Shown: positions 39,855-39,875 of the stretch, piece after piece
How the letters are laid out: every line of letters begins with the position of its first letter
Position numbering within the stretch: the stretch's first letter is position 1
UHGV virus genome: UHGV-0200725
Direction: 5' to 3' (one strand)
DNA from: a virus
Length of the DNA stretch: 39,875 bases
Made by a program: the position numbers and the translations under genes
Notes under the pieces: model-generated
Databases searched by the model: none
What the model was told of the DNA's origin: nothing
The model's input: the letters and a program-made list of their open reading frames with translations, nothing else

Positions 39855-39875
39855 GGGGCCGAGCGCCCCGTTTTA
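39855..39875 (+). terminator. Rho-independent terminator after the remnant (cut by window end)
   Basis: GGGGC-CGAGC-GCCCC followed by GTTTTA. Confidence 0.5.

Noticed and set aside
1-39875. Scan for CRISPR arrays, IS elements/transposases, rRNA and tRNA genes
   Set aside because: No regularly spaced direct repeats with unique spacers, no transposase-like ORFs or terminal inverted repeats, and no cloverleaf-compatible tRNA sequence were seen by eye; a tRNAscan/Infernal run would be needed to be certain.

Overview
The window is almost entirely one mosaic lambdoid prophage of P22-like (short-tailed) type, about 39 kb, running from the integrase at the left to the tailspike at the right. All family calls are from reading the six-frame translations against remembered protein families and from motifs read directly in the DNA; no database search was run. 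Gene order: GTG-start tyrosine integrase and AlpA-type excisionase (-), a leftward early operon of small translationally coupled accessory genes (Lar-like, Ea22-like, Gp157-like, RecT, Kil-like, cIII-like, Ral-like, N), a P22-type immunity region (pL/OL/nutL, c2, OR/pR, cro, nutR, c1), O-like initiator with internal ori iterons, DnaB-like helicase, a lambda-like nin region (ninB/E/F, Rha-KilAC antirepressor, YbcO-like, RusA, ninH), lambda-like Q/pR'/qut/tR', S-R-Rz/Rz1 lysis cassette, a second Rha, then the P22-type packaging and morphogenesis block (3, 2, 1, 8, 5, 4, 10, 26, 14, 7, 20, 16), an immI-like region (mnt, arc, ant) and tailspike. No tRNA, rRNA, CRISPR array or transposase was seen. 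Best candidates for undescribed biology: two signal-peptide proteins translationally coupled to mnt where P22 carries sieA; the early-left accessory chain; a PE/PD-repeat protein behind the coat terminator; a knob-bearing tail needle; a chimeric tailspike followed by a tail-fibre chaperone remnant and an antisense micro-ORF.
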